Assembly (NCBI GenBank): GCA_016744895.1 | Contig: JADGDK010000002.1 | Coordinates: forward strand, 1-63,644 | Reading direction: 5' to 3' | Origin: Campylobacterales bacterium | Lineage (GTDB): Bacteria; Campylobacterota; Campylobacteria; Campylobacterales; QNZT01 | Length of the DNA stretch: 63,644 nucleotides | Part shown: piece after piece, positions 52,541 through 61,765 of the stretch | Layout of the letters: every line of letters starts with the position of its first letter | How positions within the stretch are numbered: the stretch's first letter is position 1 | Notes under the pieces: model-generated | The model's input: only the letters and a program-made list of their open reading frames with translations | Told to the model about the DNA's origin: nothing | Database searches by the model: none | Translations under genes and position numbers: made by a program

Positions 52541-52621
52541 ATTATAGTTTAAAACTACAACTTGTATAATGATAAGTATAATTCATATAATTATTATTAA
52601 AACTTATACAAGGAATCTAAA

Positions 52622-54067
52622 ATGAAAAGACTTATTACTTTATCTTTAGCTAGTATGCTGACGTTAAGTGCGAATGGTGATGGTATTACAAAAGATGCGG
52701 AGATTGAGAATACAAACTATATTTCAAATGCAGAACTTGCATCTGAACTTAAAAAAGTACAAAAAGATCTTAAAAAAGCTAATAAAAAGATTAAAAAACT
52801 TGATAAAAAATTAAATATTGTTAAAGCACATGATGCATTTGACAATATTAAATTTGGTGTGGATTTTAGAAATACTGTAGAGAAACTTGATTATAAAGAT
52901 AATACAACTGGTAAAACTGCAAAAAATGATTCACTTTTTACAAGTAGAATATTTTTAACTATGGCGTCAGCTCCAACTAGTAAGCTTATGTTTAAAGGTA
53001 AATTGGCTATCTACTCTACATGGGGAGCGCATATCTTTGATGAAAGTACTGGACTTAAGGATTGGTCTGGGTCTTCAAAAGCAACTGATACTGTTATGAG
53101 AGTTAAAGAAGCTTTTTTTATGTATAAAGATACTCTAGGAGAACAACCATATGTATTTTCTGTAGGTCGTCGACCATCATCCAATGGTTTCTTAGCAAAC
53201 TATAGAGAGAATGAAGCAAATCCAGCTTCACCATTGGCACATATCACAAACATGGAAGTAAATGCAGCCATGGTTAAACTTGATTGGGGAAGATTTGTAG
53301 AGGGTGCTTATACTAAGTTTGTATTTGGACGTGCACATACTGGAGATGACACTGGTGTATACTCTTTAGATGATGCAAATAAAGATGGCATTTGGGGACC
53401 TTACGCAACGGATAATACCAATGATGGCGATGATAAAGATGTTGATTTCTTTGTTATGCCTGGTCAAGCATATTATGATGGAACATATAAAATTATGTAT
53501 CAATGGGCTCATATTTTTAATACCAAAGGAAATAAGTTTGGTGATGTAGCAGGTACAAAAAAAGCTGCTGCTGGTACAGCTGATTTACTCTCATTAGGGC
53601 TGGTAGCTAGTGGTTTAAGTGAAGATAATGACTTTTTAGCAGAGACTACTGTTTTTGCTTCAGTGGCATATACTAAGTATGATGCAAAAGATGGTTATCA
53701 ACTCTTGGGTTCAGAAAATGGTGGATCAGAAGATGGTAATTCTATTTGGTTAGGAACAGTTTTCCCAGATATGATTACAGATAGCGGTAAGTTTGGTCTG
53801 GAGTACAACCATGGTTCAAAGTACTGGACACCAATGACTTGGGCTGAAGATACTGCAATTGGTTCAAAAATAGCAGTTCGTGGTAATGCATATGAAGCGT
53901 ATTGGAATTTTAATCTATTTGGTAGCAAATACTTGCCATCACAACTTAGATATACAAGAGCTGAGCATGACTATACTCCAAATATCAAGTGTGCGGGATG
54001 GGTAACACCACAAGAAACTGATATAACTGCTGAAAATATTAGATTTTCAATTAGCTATAAGTACTAA
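52622..54067 (+). CDS. DUF3373-family outer-membrane beta-barrel protein, paralog 1
   Basis: Signal, coiled coil, KAHDAFDNIKFGVDFR, SVGRRPSSNG, EYNHGSKYW, SKIAVRG, terminal YKY. Confidence 0.82.
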   Translation: MKRLITLSLASMLTLSANGDGITKDAEIENTNYISNAELASELKKVQKDLKKANKKIKKLDKKLNIVKAHDAFDNIKFGVDFRNTVEKLDYKDNTTGKTAKNDSLFTSRIFLTMASAPTSKLMFKGKLAIYSTWGAHIFDESTGLKDWSGSSKATDTVMRVKEAFFMYKDTLGEQPYVFSVGRRPSSNGFLANYRENEANPASPLAHITNMEVNAAMVKLDWGRFVEGAYTKFVFGRAHTGDDTGVYSLDDANKDGIWGPYATDNTNDGDDKDVDFFVMPGQAYYDGTYKIMYQWAHIFNTKGNKFGDVAGTKKAAAGTADLLSLGLVASGLSEDNDFLAETTVFASVAYTKYDAKDGYQLLGSENGGSEDGNSIWLGTVFPDMITDSGKFGLEYNHGSKYWTPMTWAEDTAIGSKIAVRGNAYEAYWNFNLFGSKYLPSQLRYTRAEHDYTPNIKCAGWVTPQETDITAENIRFSISYKY

Positions 54068-54075
54068 TAAATGTT

Positions 54076-54105
54076 ATAAGGAATATTAATAATAGTATTC
54101 CTTAT
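54076..54105. terminator. Terminator hairpin after DUF3373 paralog 1
   Basis: ATAAGGAATATTA / TAGTATTCCTTAT stem. Confidence 0.7.
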
Positions 54106-54164
54106 GAGACCCTTGACATGCTCTGCATATAGTAGCTGAAACGGTTGACCTGATTTAACGTCTC
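54106..54164. other. GC-richer structured intergenic element
   Basis: GAGAC/GTCTC closing stem enclosing ACATGC-tct-GCATAT hairpin; abuts terminator. Confidence 0.4.
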
Positions 54165-54248
54165 TTCTTATAAAATTTTTTTATCATAATAATTTAATAT
54201 ACATTACACTATAATTATGCATAATTAAAACTTATATTAGGAGATCGA

Positions 54249-56045
54249 ATGAAAAAATATATCGCTATGTCAATGGTAACTGCATTTGTTGTATCAAATG
54301 TATCTGCTGCTGATCTATCAAATGTGCCTATGGCAAAAACTTATCCCGTAGGTTCAGAAATCAAAGTAGCCCAAGTTGCAACACCAGTTGCTAAAACATC
54401 AAAAGTAGTAGTTGCAGAGCCCGTAAAAGCTGCACCTGTTGTAAATTATGATGCAAAAATTGAAAAATTAGAAAAAAGTATCAAAAAACTTAAAAAAACA
54501 CTTACTGCAGTTAAATCGCATGATGCAAAAGATAACATTAAGTTTAATATTGATTTTAGAACTTCAATAGATAGTATAGAGTATACAACTGCTAAAGGTG
54601 TTACTCATAAAAATGACTCAATTTTTTCAAATAGACTTTGGTTAAATATGGCATATGCTCCGAGTGATAATATGATTTTTAAGGGTCAGTTATCATACAA
54701 TAAAGCGTATGGTGCTTCTCCAAAAATGGTTATGGGAATGAATCAAAGAGGTTCAGGTCATACTTTTGATGCTTTTGACTGGGTTACAAATGAAAATTTG
54801 ACAAATGATTCAATTAAATTAAAAGAAGCATACTGGCTATATATGAATGATTCTTTCTTAGGGACTGATATAGATTGGACGGCATCATTTGGTAGACGTC
54901 CATCAACAAATGGTTTTCTTGTAAGTCTTCGAGATGACGATAAGCCTGCCTCTCCAATTGGACATATGATCAATATGGAATTTGATGGAGCAAGTTTTAA
55001 ATTTGGACTAGAGAAAGTTACGGGTATTTCAGGAATGTACTGGAAAGTTTGTTTGGGTAGAGGTCTTACCAATGCAAGAGCTAGATTTAATATGGATACA
55101 GGACTTGACTCTTCTGGTGATTATTCAAAAGATAAAGAATCAATAAATAATGTTGATCTTGCTGGATTTATCTTTGTACCATATGATAATGGTCAATATA
55201 AAGTAATGACAACATACTATAGAGGGTTTAATGTTCCAGGTTTTGTAATGGCAGATGCAAATATGTTTACTGATCCAGATGGTAACACTGGTATGGTTAC
55301 TTCAGATATGAAACTCAATCAAAATGTTGCTTTAACAAATTTAGGAGATATGGATGGTGCTGCACTCTCTTTCTTAGTTGATGGTATTGGTGATGGAATT
55401 AATGATTTTTTAGATGAAACAAAATTTTTCGCTTCATTTGGTTGGTCAAAATCAATGCCTGATAATAAAATTGCTAGTATGAGTACAGCACTTTCTGCAA
55501 ATGTTGGACAAGCTGGTGGTGTGGATAATATGATGGCCGGCATGAATCAGCAAGTTGGAGCAGGTGTTGCTCAAGCAATGGCTGGTGGAATGAGTCAAGA
55601 AGATGCTACAGCTTTAGTCATGAGTGGAATGGAAGATTCTATGAAAGGTACTGAAGGTATGCTTGGGTCAAATGATGATGAAACTGGTACTTCATATTGG
55701 GTAGGTTTACAAGTGCCTGCTATGGTAACAGAAAATGGTAAATTTGGTGCTGAATTTAACCACGGTAGTAAATACTGGAGACCATTTACTTATGGTGAAG
55801 ATACACTCGTAGGTTCTAAGTTAGCAGCTCGTGGAGATGCGTTTGAATTATACTATATTCAGCCAATACTTAAATCTTTCTCAATGGAGCTTAGATATAC
55901 AAAAATTGATTATGAGTATACAGGAAGTCAAGGTTTCTTTGGTGGAAGTGGTACCCCTATGACAATGGCTGAAGCTAAAGCTTTTGGTATGGATCCAATT
56001 GAAGAAGCTGAAGATATTAGACTTTCTTTCAGATATAGATTTTAA
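54249..56045 (+). CDS. DUF3373-family outer-membrane beta-barrel protein, paralog 2, Met-rich insertion
   Basis: KSHDAKDNIKFNIDFR, SFGRRPSTNG, EFNHGSKYW, SKLAARG, terminal YRF. Confidence 0.82.
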   Translation: MKKYIAMSMVTAFVVSNVSAADLSNVPMAKTYPVGSEIKVAQVATPVAKTSKVVVAEPVKAAPVVNYDAKIEKLEKSIKKLKKTLTAVKSHDAKDNIKFNIDFRTSIDSIEYTTAKGVTHKNDSIFSNRLWLNMAYAPSDNMIFKGQLSYNKAYGASPKMVMGMNQRGSGHTFDAFDWVTNENLTNDSIKLKEAYWLYMNDSFLGTDIDWTASFGRRPSTNGFLVSLRDDDKPASPIGHMINMEFDGASFKFGLEKVTGISGMYWKVCLGRGLTNARARFNMDTGLDSSGDYSKDKESINNVDLAGFIFVPYDNGQYKVMTTYYRGFNVPGFVMADANMFTDPDGNTGMVTSDMKLNQNVALTNLGDMDGAALSFLVDGIGDGINDFLDETKFFASFGWSKSMPDNKIASMSTALSANVGQAGGVDNMMAGMNQQVGAGVAQAMAGGMSQEDATALVMSGMEDSMKGTEGMLGSNDDETGTSYWVGLQVPAMVTENGKFGAEFNHGSKYWRPFTYGEDTLVGSKLAARGDAFELYYIQPILKSFSMELRYTKIDYEYTGSQGFFGGSGTPMTMAEAKAFGMDPIEEAEDIRLSFRYRF

Positions 56046-56068
56046 GAAAATAAACATTTGATTTTTTA

Positions 56069-56109
56069 GCTCCGTTTGGTACAATAGTACTAAAACGGAG
56101 TACTTTTTT
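56069..56109 (+). promoter_or_regulatory. Terminator-like hairpin containing an extended -10 and sequestering the downstream RBS
   Basis: GCTCCGTTTGGTAC / GTACTAAAACGGAGT stem plus T-run; TGgTACAAT 56077-85; GGAG 56097-100; TTG start 56108. Confidence 0.55.
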
Positions 56110-57502
56110 GAAAATACTTTTACTACTTGTACTTTTTATTTCAAACCTCTTTTCATGTGCTCTTTGTGCACAATATACACCTTCTGCGCATGTTGATATC
56201 AAACTAGATATTAATGATACAAATATTCAAAAAGCACATATATCATGGAGGTTTTCTAAAGAGTTTATTGAAAATATCATGCCAAAATATGATAAAAATG
56301 GAAATAGAACTTTTGAAGTAGATGAGATAAAAGAGATAGAGAAAGCCTTTGTTGATTATATTGGGCCGATTGATTTTTTGACAAAGATAAAGTATTATAA
56401 AAAAGATACCAACACTACTTTTGAACAAATTCCAAAAATGAAGTTTAAGTCTATTAGTTATCGTACTTATTTGAAGTCTGGTGAACTCTATTTTGACTAT
56501 AATATTACACTTAACTATTCACTTCATAAAGAGTATATATTATATTTTTCGATTTTTGATGAAGAACAGTATATGAATTTTATCATCAACACACAAGGTA
56601 TTACATTTGACACTCCACATGGATATAAAATTACAGAAAATGCAAATATGTATATGATATTTTTTGATATAGTTGATGCAAACAAAGTTGTTGAGGTTAC
56701 ACCTAAAAAAGCTGTTGAAGTACAAAAATTACCAAAACAGAGTTTTTTTATCCAAACGCTTTCAAATCTGTTAGCTCAAACTACTAGTAAAATAAGAAGT
56801 TATTTACTTGATATAAAATATAAAGAGAGTTCATTGGCATTTTTCTCTTTAATGCTTTTCTCACTTGGGTATGGTATTATTCATGCTCTTGGTCCAGGAC
56901 ATGGAAAAGCATTGGTTTCATCTTATTTTTTAGCGTCAAATAGAGATGTTAAAAAAGCATTTTTTATCTCTGTGATGATTGGTATCGTGCATACATTTTC
57001 TGCACTTATTTTAACGTTGATAGTTTATTTTTTATTAAATTCGTTACTTTCCAATTTTATGGATCAAGCTGAGTATTATCTTACTAAAGTTTCTGCGGTT
57101 ATTATTATACTTATGGCTCTATATCTTTTATATCGAAAATTACCCAAAAAACCGCAGGCTATAAAACAATGGAATATACATGAGCCAACATGTGGATGTC
57201 ACTCATGTGAGGTGGATGAAAAAAATGCAGATTTAGGTATCATTTTAGGTGCTGGATTGATTCCATGTCCGACAACAGTATTGATTTTTATATTTACAAT
57301 TTCACTTGGGATGTATTTTACAGGTTTTATTTCTGCATTATTTATGAGTTTAGGGATGTCATTAGTGATTTTTGTAGCCGCAGCTTTAAGTGTAAAAGCT
57401 AGAGAAAAATCAGAAGAGAAGTTTTCACAATTAGCCAATATACTTAGTTTTATAGGGATTTCAATCATTATGCTATTGGGATTTATGATGTTAATTGTAT
57501 AA
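56108..57502 (+). CDS. DUF1007 + NicO/RcnA-family Ni/Co transporter fusion
   Basis: Signal, CALC, EF-hand-like DKNGNRTFEVDE; GIIHALGPGHGK, HT.SA, HEPTCGCHSC loop, IPCP, MSLGM. Confidence 0.82.
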   Translation: MKILLLLVLFISNLFSCALCAQYTPSAHVDIKLDINDTNIQKAHISWRFSKEFIENIMPKYDKNGNRTFEVDEIKEIEKAFVDYIGPIDFLTKIKYYKKDTNTTFEQIPKMKFKSISYRTYLKSGELYFDYNITLNYSLHKEYILYFSIFDEEQYMNFIINTQGITFDTPHGYKITENANMYMIFFDIVDANKVVEVTPKKAVEVQKLPKQSFFIQTLSNLLAQTTSKIRSYLLDIKYKESSLAFFSLMLFSLGYGIIHALGPGHGKALVSSYFLASNRDVKKAFFISVMIGIVHTFSALILTLIVYFLLNSLLSNFMDQAEYYLTKVSAVIIILMALYLLYRKLPKKPQAIKQWNIHEPTCGCHSCEVDEKNADLGIILGAGLIPCPTTVLIFIFTISLGMYFTGFISALFMSLGMSLVIFVAAALSVKAREKSEEKFSQLANILSFIGISIIMLLGFMMLIV

Positions 57503-57556
57503 AAAATAAGCTATAATATTTTCTTAAGTTATAAATATCATAATAAAGGGTTTAAG

Positions 57557-58033
57557 ATGGGAAATATTATTAAGAGTTTAGGTTTGGTTTTGCTTGGTGC
57601 ATTAATCATGGGTATTTTTATGATGAAAATGATTCCAACAATGATGGTTCATGAATTAAAAAGCCCGTATGGTGTAGATGAGACAATCAAAGTGATTAGT
57701 GCAAATGCTAAGAAACAAGGTTGGAATGTTAAAAATGTTGTTGATATGCAAAAAAGTATGCAGAAAAAACTGAATAAAGAGATTCCAGCTACTAAAATTA
57801 TGAAATTAGGACAAGGTAAATATGCCTATGCTTTAGTCCAACATGATGAGACACGTTTTGTATCTGCTATGATGCCACACTCTATTGCGGTATTTGAAAA
57901 AAGTGATGGTAGTACTTATATCTCATCTATGAACATGGGGCTGATGGGTAAGTTGTTTGGTGGAGAGACAGAACGTATCATGGGTAAAGTACAAGCGGAT
58001 GATGATGAGATTTTAAAATTTCTTATGCAGTAA
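57557..58033 (+). CDS. DUF302-family protein
   Basis: N-terminal TM, SPYGVDET, GW, SAMMPHSIAVFEKSDG.TYIS.MN. Confidence 0.8.
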   Translation: MGNIIKSLGLVLLGALIMGIFMMKMIPTMMVHELKSPYGVDETIKVISANAKKQGWNVKNVVDMQKSMQKKLNKEIPATKIMKLGQGKYAYALVQHDETRFVSAMMPHSIAVFEKSDGSTYISSMNMGLMGKLFGGETERIMGKVQADDDEILKFLMQ

Positions 58034-58045
58034 TAATAAAGTAGC

Positions 58046-58074
58046 TATAGAAGCTGAAAAAATTAGCTTCTATA
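58046..58074. terminator. Bidirectional terminator
   Basis: TATAGAAGCT / AGCTTCTATA between convergent genes. Confidence 0.7.
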
Positions 58075-58080
58075 TTTGAA

Positions 58081-58422
58081 TTATTTTAAACTGTTAACGT
58101 ATGCAGAAACTGCGTCAATTTCATCCCAAGAAAGATCTACAAGTACACTTTTCATTTGAGCGCCATACCCATACTTGTTAACACTTCCATATCTATAATC
58201 TTTCAACTCTTTTGCTAATGTAGCAGTATCCATACCCGTGATTGCACCAGATCCTTTAAAAGCACTTTTTTCGCCATTATCACCATGGCATGTTGCGCAC
58301 TGTTTTTTATAAATTACTTCTCCATTTGCTGGTAGCATCAAGCCTGATTTATATACTGAAGCAGCATCTCCTGCAACTAAAGTTACACTTACTAGTAACG
58401 CTGAAAGAATAGTTTTTTTCAT
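58081..58422 (-). CDS. Periplasmic c553-type cytochrome c
   Basis: Sec signal, CATCH, YGYGAQM distal Met. Confidence 0.9.
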   Translation of the reverse strand: MKKTILSALLVSVTLVAGDAASVYKSGLMLPANGEVIYKKQCATCHGDNGEKSAFKGSGAITGMDTATLAKELKDYRYGSVNKYGYGAQMKSVLVDLSWDEIDAVSAYVNSLK

Positions 58423-58806
58423 TTTTTGACCTTAATTAATTAAATTTATATATCATTTTACATTAAGTTAACTAAAAAATATCTTTCATTTTTAAGTTCA
58501 TTGATAATTACTATTACTTATAACAAACAATAAGAATAATATTATTAAACCTAATAAAATATTTAGAAGCTTTGATTATGCAATAATTATGATATGGTTC
58601 GCAACTTTTCTCACTTCTAAATATTGCAAGCGTGACCAAATGATAATATTTCTTTTTTCTGTTTTATTTTACACTATTATTAGTAAAGCATATTTTTATA
58701 AATTATGAGAGTTTACATACCATTCAATAGTAAGCTTTGAATTTTATATAATGATAAGAGATATATAGATTTTAATGTTATAATTTTGATAAAGGGTGTT
58801 AAAATT

Positions 58807-59160
58807 ATGCAAAATAGAAAATTACAATTACATAAAGAATTAGAAAATTATCTTGATAAGAGTACTGAGTTTTTACCTTATTATCCTGGTATGAATATTC
58901 TCACTTCAACTCTTTATAGAGAGCAGTTAAAAGAAGTTTTAAAACTTTTGGAAAAAGATGATTTGACACATGCAAAAAGTTTTGAGTTGTATCTTGATAC
59001 TATAATCATTAATATGCATACTAAAGTTAAAAAGTATAAACAATCTATCTACTTTGATAATGAAAATATAAAAGATATAGAAAATCAAGGTTATACAATA
59101 ACATTTTATATTGATGAAAAAAAGAGTCTTTATATACTTTTAGGCTTATTAAAGTCTTAG
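58807..59160 (+). CDS. Hypothetical protein
   Basis: ATG 58807 behind AAGGG; IINMHTKVKKYK.SIYFD, IENQGY motifs. Confidence 0.65.
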   Translation: MQNRKLQLHKELENYLDKSTEFLPYYPGMNILTSTLYREQLKEVLKLLEKDDLTHAKSFELYLDTIIINMHTKVKKYKQSIYFDNENIKDIENQGYTITFYIDEKKSLYILLGLLKS

Positions 59161-59404
59161 ATTTAATATTATACAAATCATTGCAACTAAATTTAGTTAT
59201 TATTACATTTTATATGTAACTATTATCTACTTATTATAAAATGTAATATTACTTGAGTGTGAATAAATATAATCATTTTTATCATCTTATAACATTTTTT
59301 TATAAAAAAATTTCATTTAATATTTGAAATTTAAATATTTTACGATATGATACAATCTGATTTTATAAGTTTAATGTAAAGATACAATAGAATAAGGATA
59401 AGTT

Positions 59405-60883
59405 ATGGATAAAAATTATATTGATAATATGTTAGCTGAGATGGACAAAGATTTATCTTCAAAAGGCTTCAGTAGAAGAGATGCTATGAAATTAGCTGGT
59501 ATTTCAGGTGCTAGCTTAATGATGGGTGCTTCTGAAGTTTCTGCTGCAACTGAAGAGACAGCACCGACTTCTACTTCAAATGCTAAAGGAAAAATACTAA
59601 TCGTTGGTGGTGGACTTGCAGGATTATCAACTGCTGCAAGATTGACACTTAATTTAGCTGATCCAGATATAACTATTATTGAGCCTCAACCTTTATCAGC
59701 AACTTATCAGCCAGGACAAACATTAGTAGGTGCTGGTATATGGGATGAGAGTGATGTGCTTTATAATAGAGATGATTATGTTCCAGATGGTGTAAAACTT
59801 ATTGAAGATAAAGTAATAGATTTTGATCCTAATGGAAATAAAGTTACAACTGCTAAGGGGCAAGTTGTAACGTATGATTATCTAATCATGGCAACAGGTT
59901 TACAACTTGACTTTGAAAGAATTAAAGGTCTAGAATCAGCAGGACGTGCTTATTCAGCTGGTGATAATTCAAAACTTCTCAAAGTGTTGGGTGATGGTGG
60001 TATATGTTCAATTTATACACACGAAGGTGCCGCTAAGACTTGGGAGCAGATGCAAAAGTATATCGCACAAGCAAAGTCTGGTAAAAAAACAAAATTTCTT
60101 TTTACGCATCCAAGTACACCAATTAAATGTGGTGGTGCACCTAAAAAGATTATGTATCTTACAAACTCTAGACTAAAAGAAGCAGGTGCAAGAGAAAATG
60201 CAGAACTTATTTTCTATCCAAATGGTGGAGCAATGTTTGGTGTGCCTGAGTATCATGATGCTATATTAGAGCAGTTTAAAAGAGAAGATTTTAAATGGCA
60301 TTATAGACACAACTTGATAGAAATAGAACCTGAGAATAAAATTGCAGTGTTTGATTCTAAATGGCAAGAGAAGGGTGAATGGGATCCTATGATGAGAGAG
60401 TTTGAGGTTATTGCAAAACATGAGAAATTAAGAGTTCCTTATGATTTTATACATATCACTCCACCTCAAATAGCTCCACGAGAAGTAAGAGAATCTGATT
60501 TAGGTTCAGCTGGTGGCTGGGTACCTGTAAATAAAGAGACACTTCAGCATGTAAAATTTAACAATATATTTGCTATTGGTGATATTGCTCAAGTACCTAT
60601 GGGTAAAACAGGTGGTTCTATTAGAAAACAATATAAAGTTCTTGTAAATAACTTAATAGCTCAAATGGAAGGCAAGCCATTGACAACAAAATATGCTGGT
60701 TATACAGTTTGTCCATTGATAACAAGTATTGGAACTGTTATGTTGGCAGAGTTTGATTGGACTGTTACACCTACACCTTCATTCCCACTTGATCCTACAG
60801 TAGAAAGATGGGTTCATTGGTTGATGAAAGTCTATGCACTTAAGCCTATGACAATGTATGGAATGCTTTCTGGTAGAGCATAA
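59405..60883 (+). CDS. sqr: Sulfide:quinone oxidoreductase, type II-like, with Tat signal
   Basis: SRRDAMK Tat motif, GGGLAG FAD site, YQPG, PIKCGGAPKK and GYTVCPLIT catalytic Cys motifs. Confidence 0.85.
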   Translation: MDKNYIDNMLAEMDKDLSSKGFSRRDAMKLAGISGASLMMGASEVSAATEETAPTSTSNAKGKILIVGGGLAGLSTAARLTLNLADPDITIIEPQPLSATYQPGQTLVGAGIWDESDVLYNRDDYVPDGVKLIEDKVIDFDPNGNKVTTAKGQVVTYDYLIMATGLQLDFERIKGLESAGRAYSAGDNSKLLKVLGDGGICSIYTHEGAAKTWEQMQKYIAQAKSGKKTKFLFTHPSTPIKCGGAPKKIMYLTNSRLKEAGARENAELIFYPNGGAMFGVPEYHDAILEQFKREDFKWHYRHNLIEIEPENKIAVFDSKWQEKGEWDPMMREFEVIAKHEKLRVPYDFIHITPPQIAPREVRESDLGSAGGWVPVNKETLQHVKFNNIFAIGDIAQVPMGKTGGSIRKQYKVLVNNLIAQMEGKPLTTKYAGYTVCPLITSIGTVMLAEFDWTVTPTPSFPLDPTVERWVHWLMKVYALKPMTMYGMLSGRA

Positions 60884-60890
60884 ATTAACT

Positions 60891-60914
60891 AGAGAAGGAA
60901 ACTCTTCCTTCTCT
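60891..60914 (+). terminator. Terminator after sqr
   Basis: AGAGAAGGAA / TTCCTTCTCT stem followed by T-rich tract. Confidence 0.75.
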
Positions 60915-60988
60915 CCTATTTTTATTATCCCAATTACATAATTCGGGATTATCTTTTCACAAAATTTTTTTATATTTAGGATTTTTAT

Positions 60989-61462
60989 ATGCAAGTAAAA
61001 TTTGAATTTGTAATCTATGATGAGACTCTTGATGAATTTAAGCCAGATGAGAATGTGTATACTTTCGAATTGAATGATGAGCAGGTACAAACTTACAATC
61101 TTTTAAAAAGCGAAGATTTACATTTATATAACTGGTTTAAAGAATCTGAATTTTTTCTGAATTGGATAAAGGAAAAAGTATATCCAAATAGTATAGGAAA
61201 AAAGATAGCTGTTAGCACTATAAATGAGATACTGTTTTTAAGATTTTATTTTTTTAAAGTCACAAGTGGTGATGTTCATTATGATTATTTTAAGAAGCTT
61301 TTCAATATCTATCATGAAATAGATTGGCAGGAAAGAGAAGATGTGGGAAAAGAGATTTTGACACATCTAATGGTTAAACGACAAGAACTTATAATTGAGT
61401 TAAAAGATGATGAGAACAGTAATTTAGAATTAAATGAAAGTAATTCAGAAACAGCTAAATAA
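60989..61462 (+). CDS. Hypothetical protein
   Basis: 157 aa ORF with AGGA RBS, followed by hairpin 61469-61512. Confidence 0.6.
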   Translation: MQVKFEFVIYDETLDEFKPDENVYTFELNDEQVQTYNLLKSEDLHLYNWFKESEFFLNWIKEKVYPNSIGKKIAVSTINEILFLRFYFFKVTSGDVHYDYFKKLFNIYHEIDWQEREDVGKEILTHLMVKRQELIIELKDDENSNLELNESNSETAK

Positions 61463-61765
61463 ATACTCAGCACAGGTAAAAATTTTATTTCTTTAATATT
61501 TCTAGCTGTGCTAAACAAAACTTTCCTTTGTACAATATATTTCAAGTAACAATATGTTACTAACTCCTCAATTGTATATATAAAATATAATAGATTTTTT
61601 AATAGGCATATTTGAAAAAATATTTATTAGTTACTAAGAGACTTCTATAAGATATACTTATGCGTCTTAAAATATTTAATATAGCTTTTAATTATGCAAT
61701 TTACATATTTTATGGTATACTATCCCTCGTAAAAAAATTTATAATAAATTATACAAGGAGAAAAT

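Noticed and set aside
54106-54164. Resemblance to TPP riboswitch (GCUGA..ACCUGAU), hammerhead (GAAAC/CUGA) or pistol (ACGUUAAAU) cores
   Set aside because: Required stems, spacing and invariant nucleotides are missing; kept only as an unknown element
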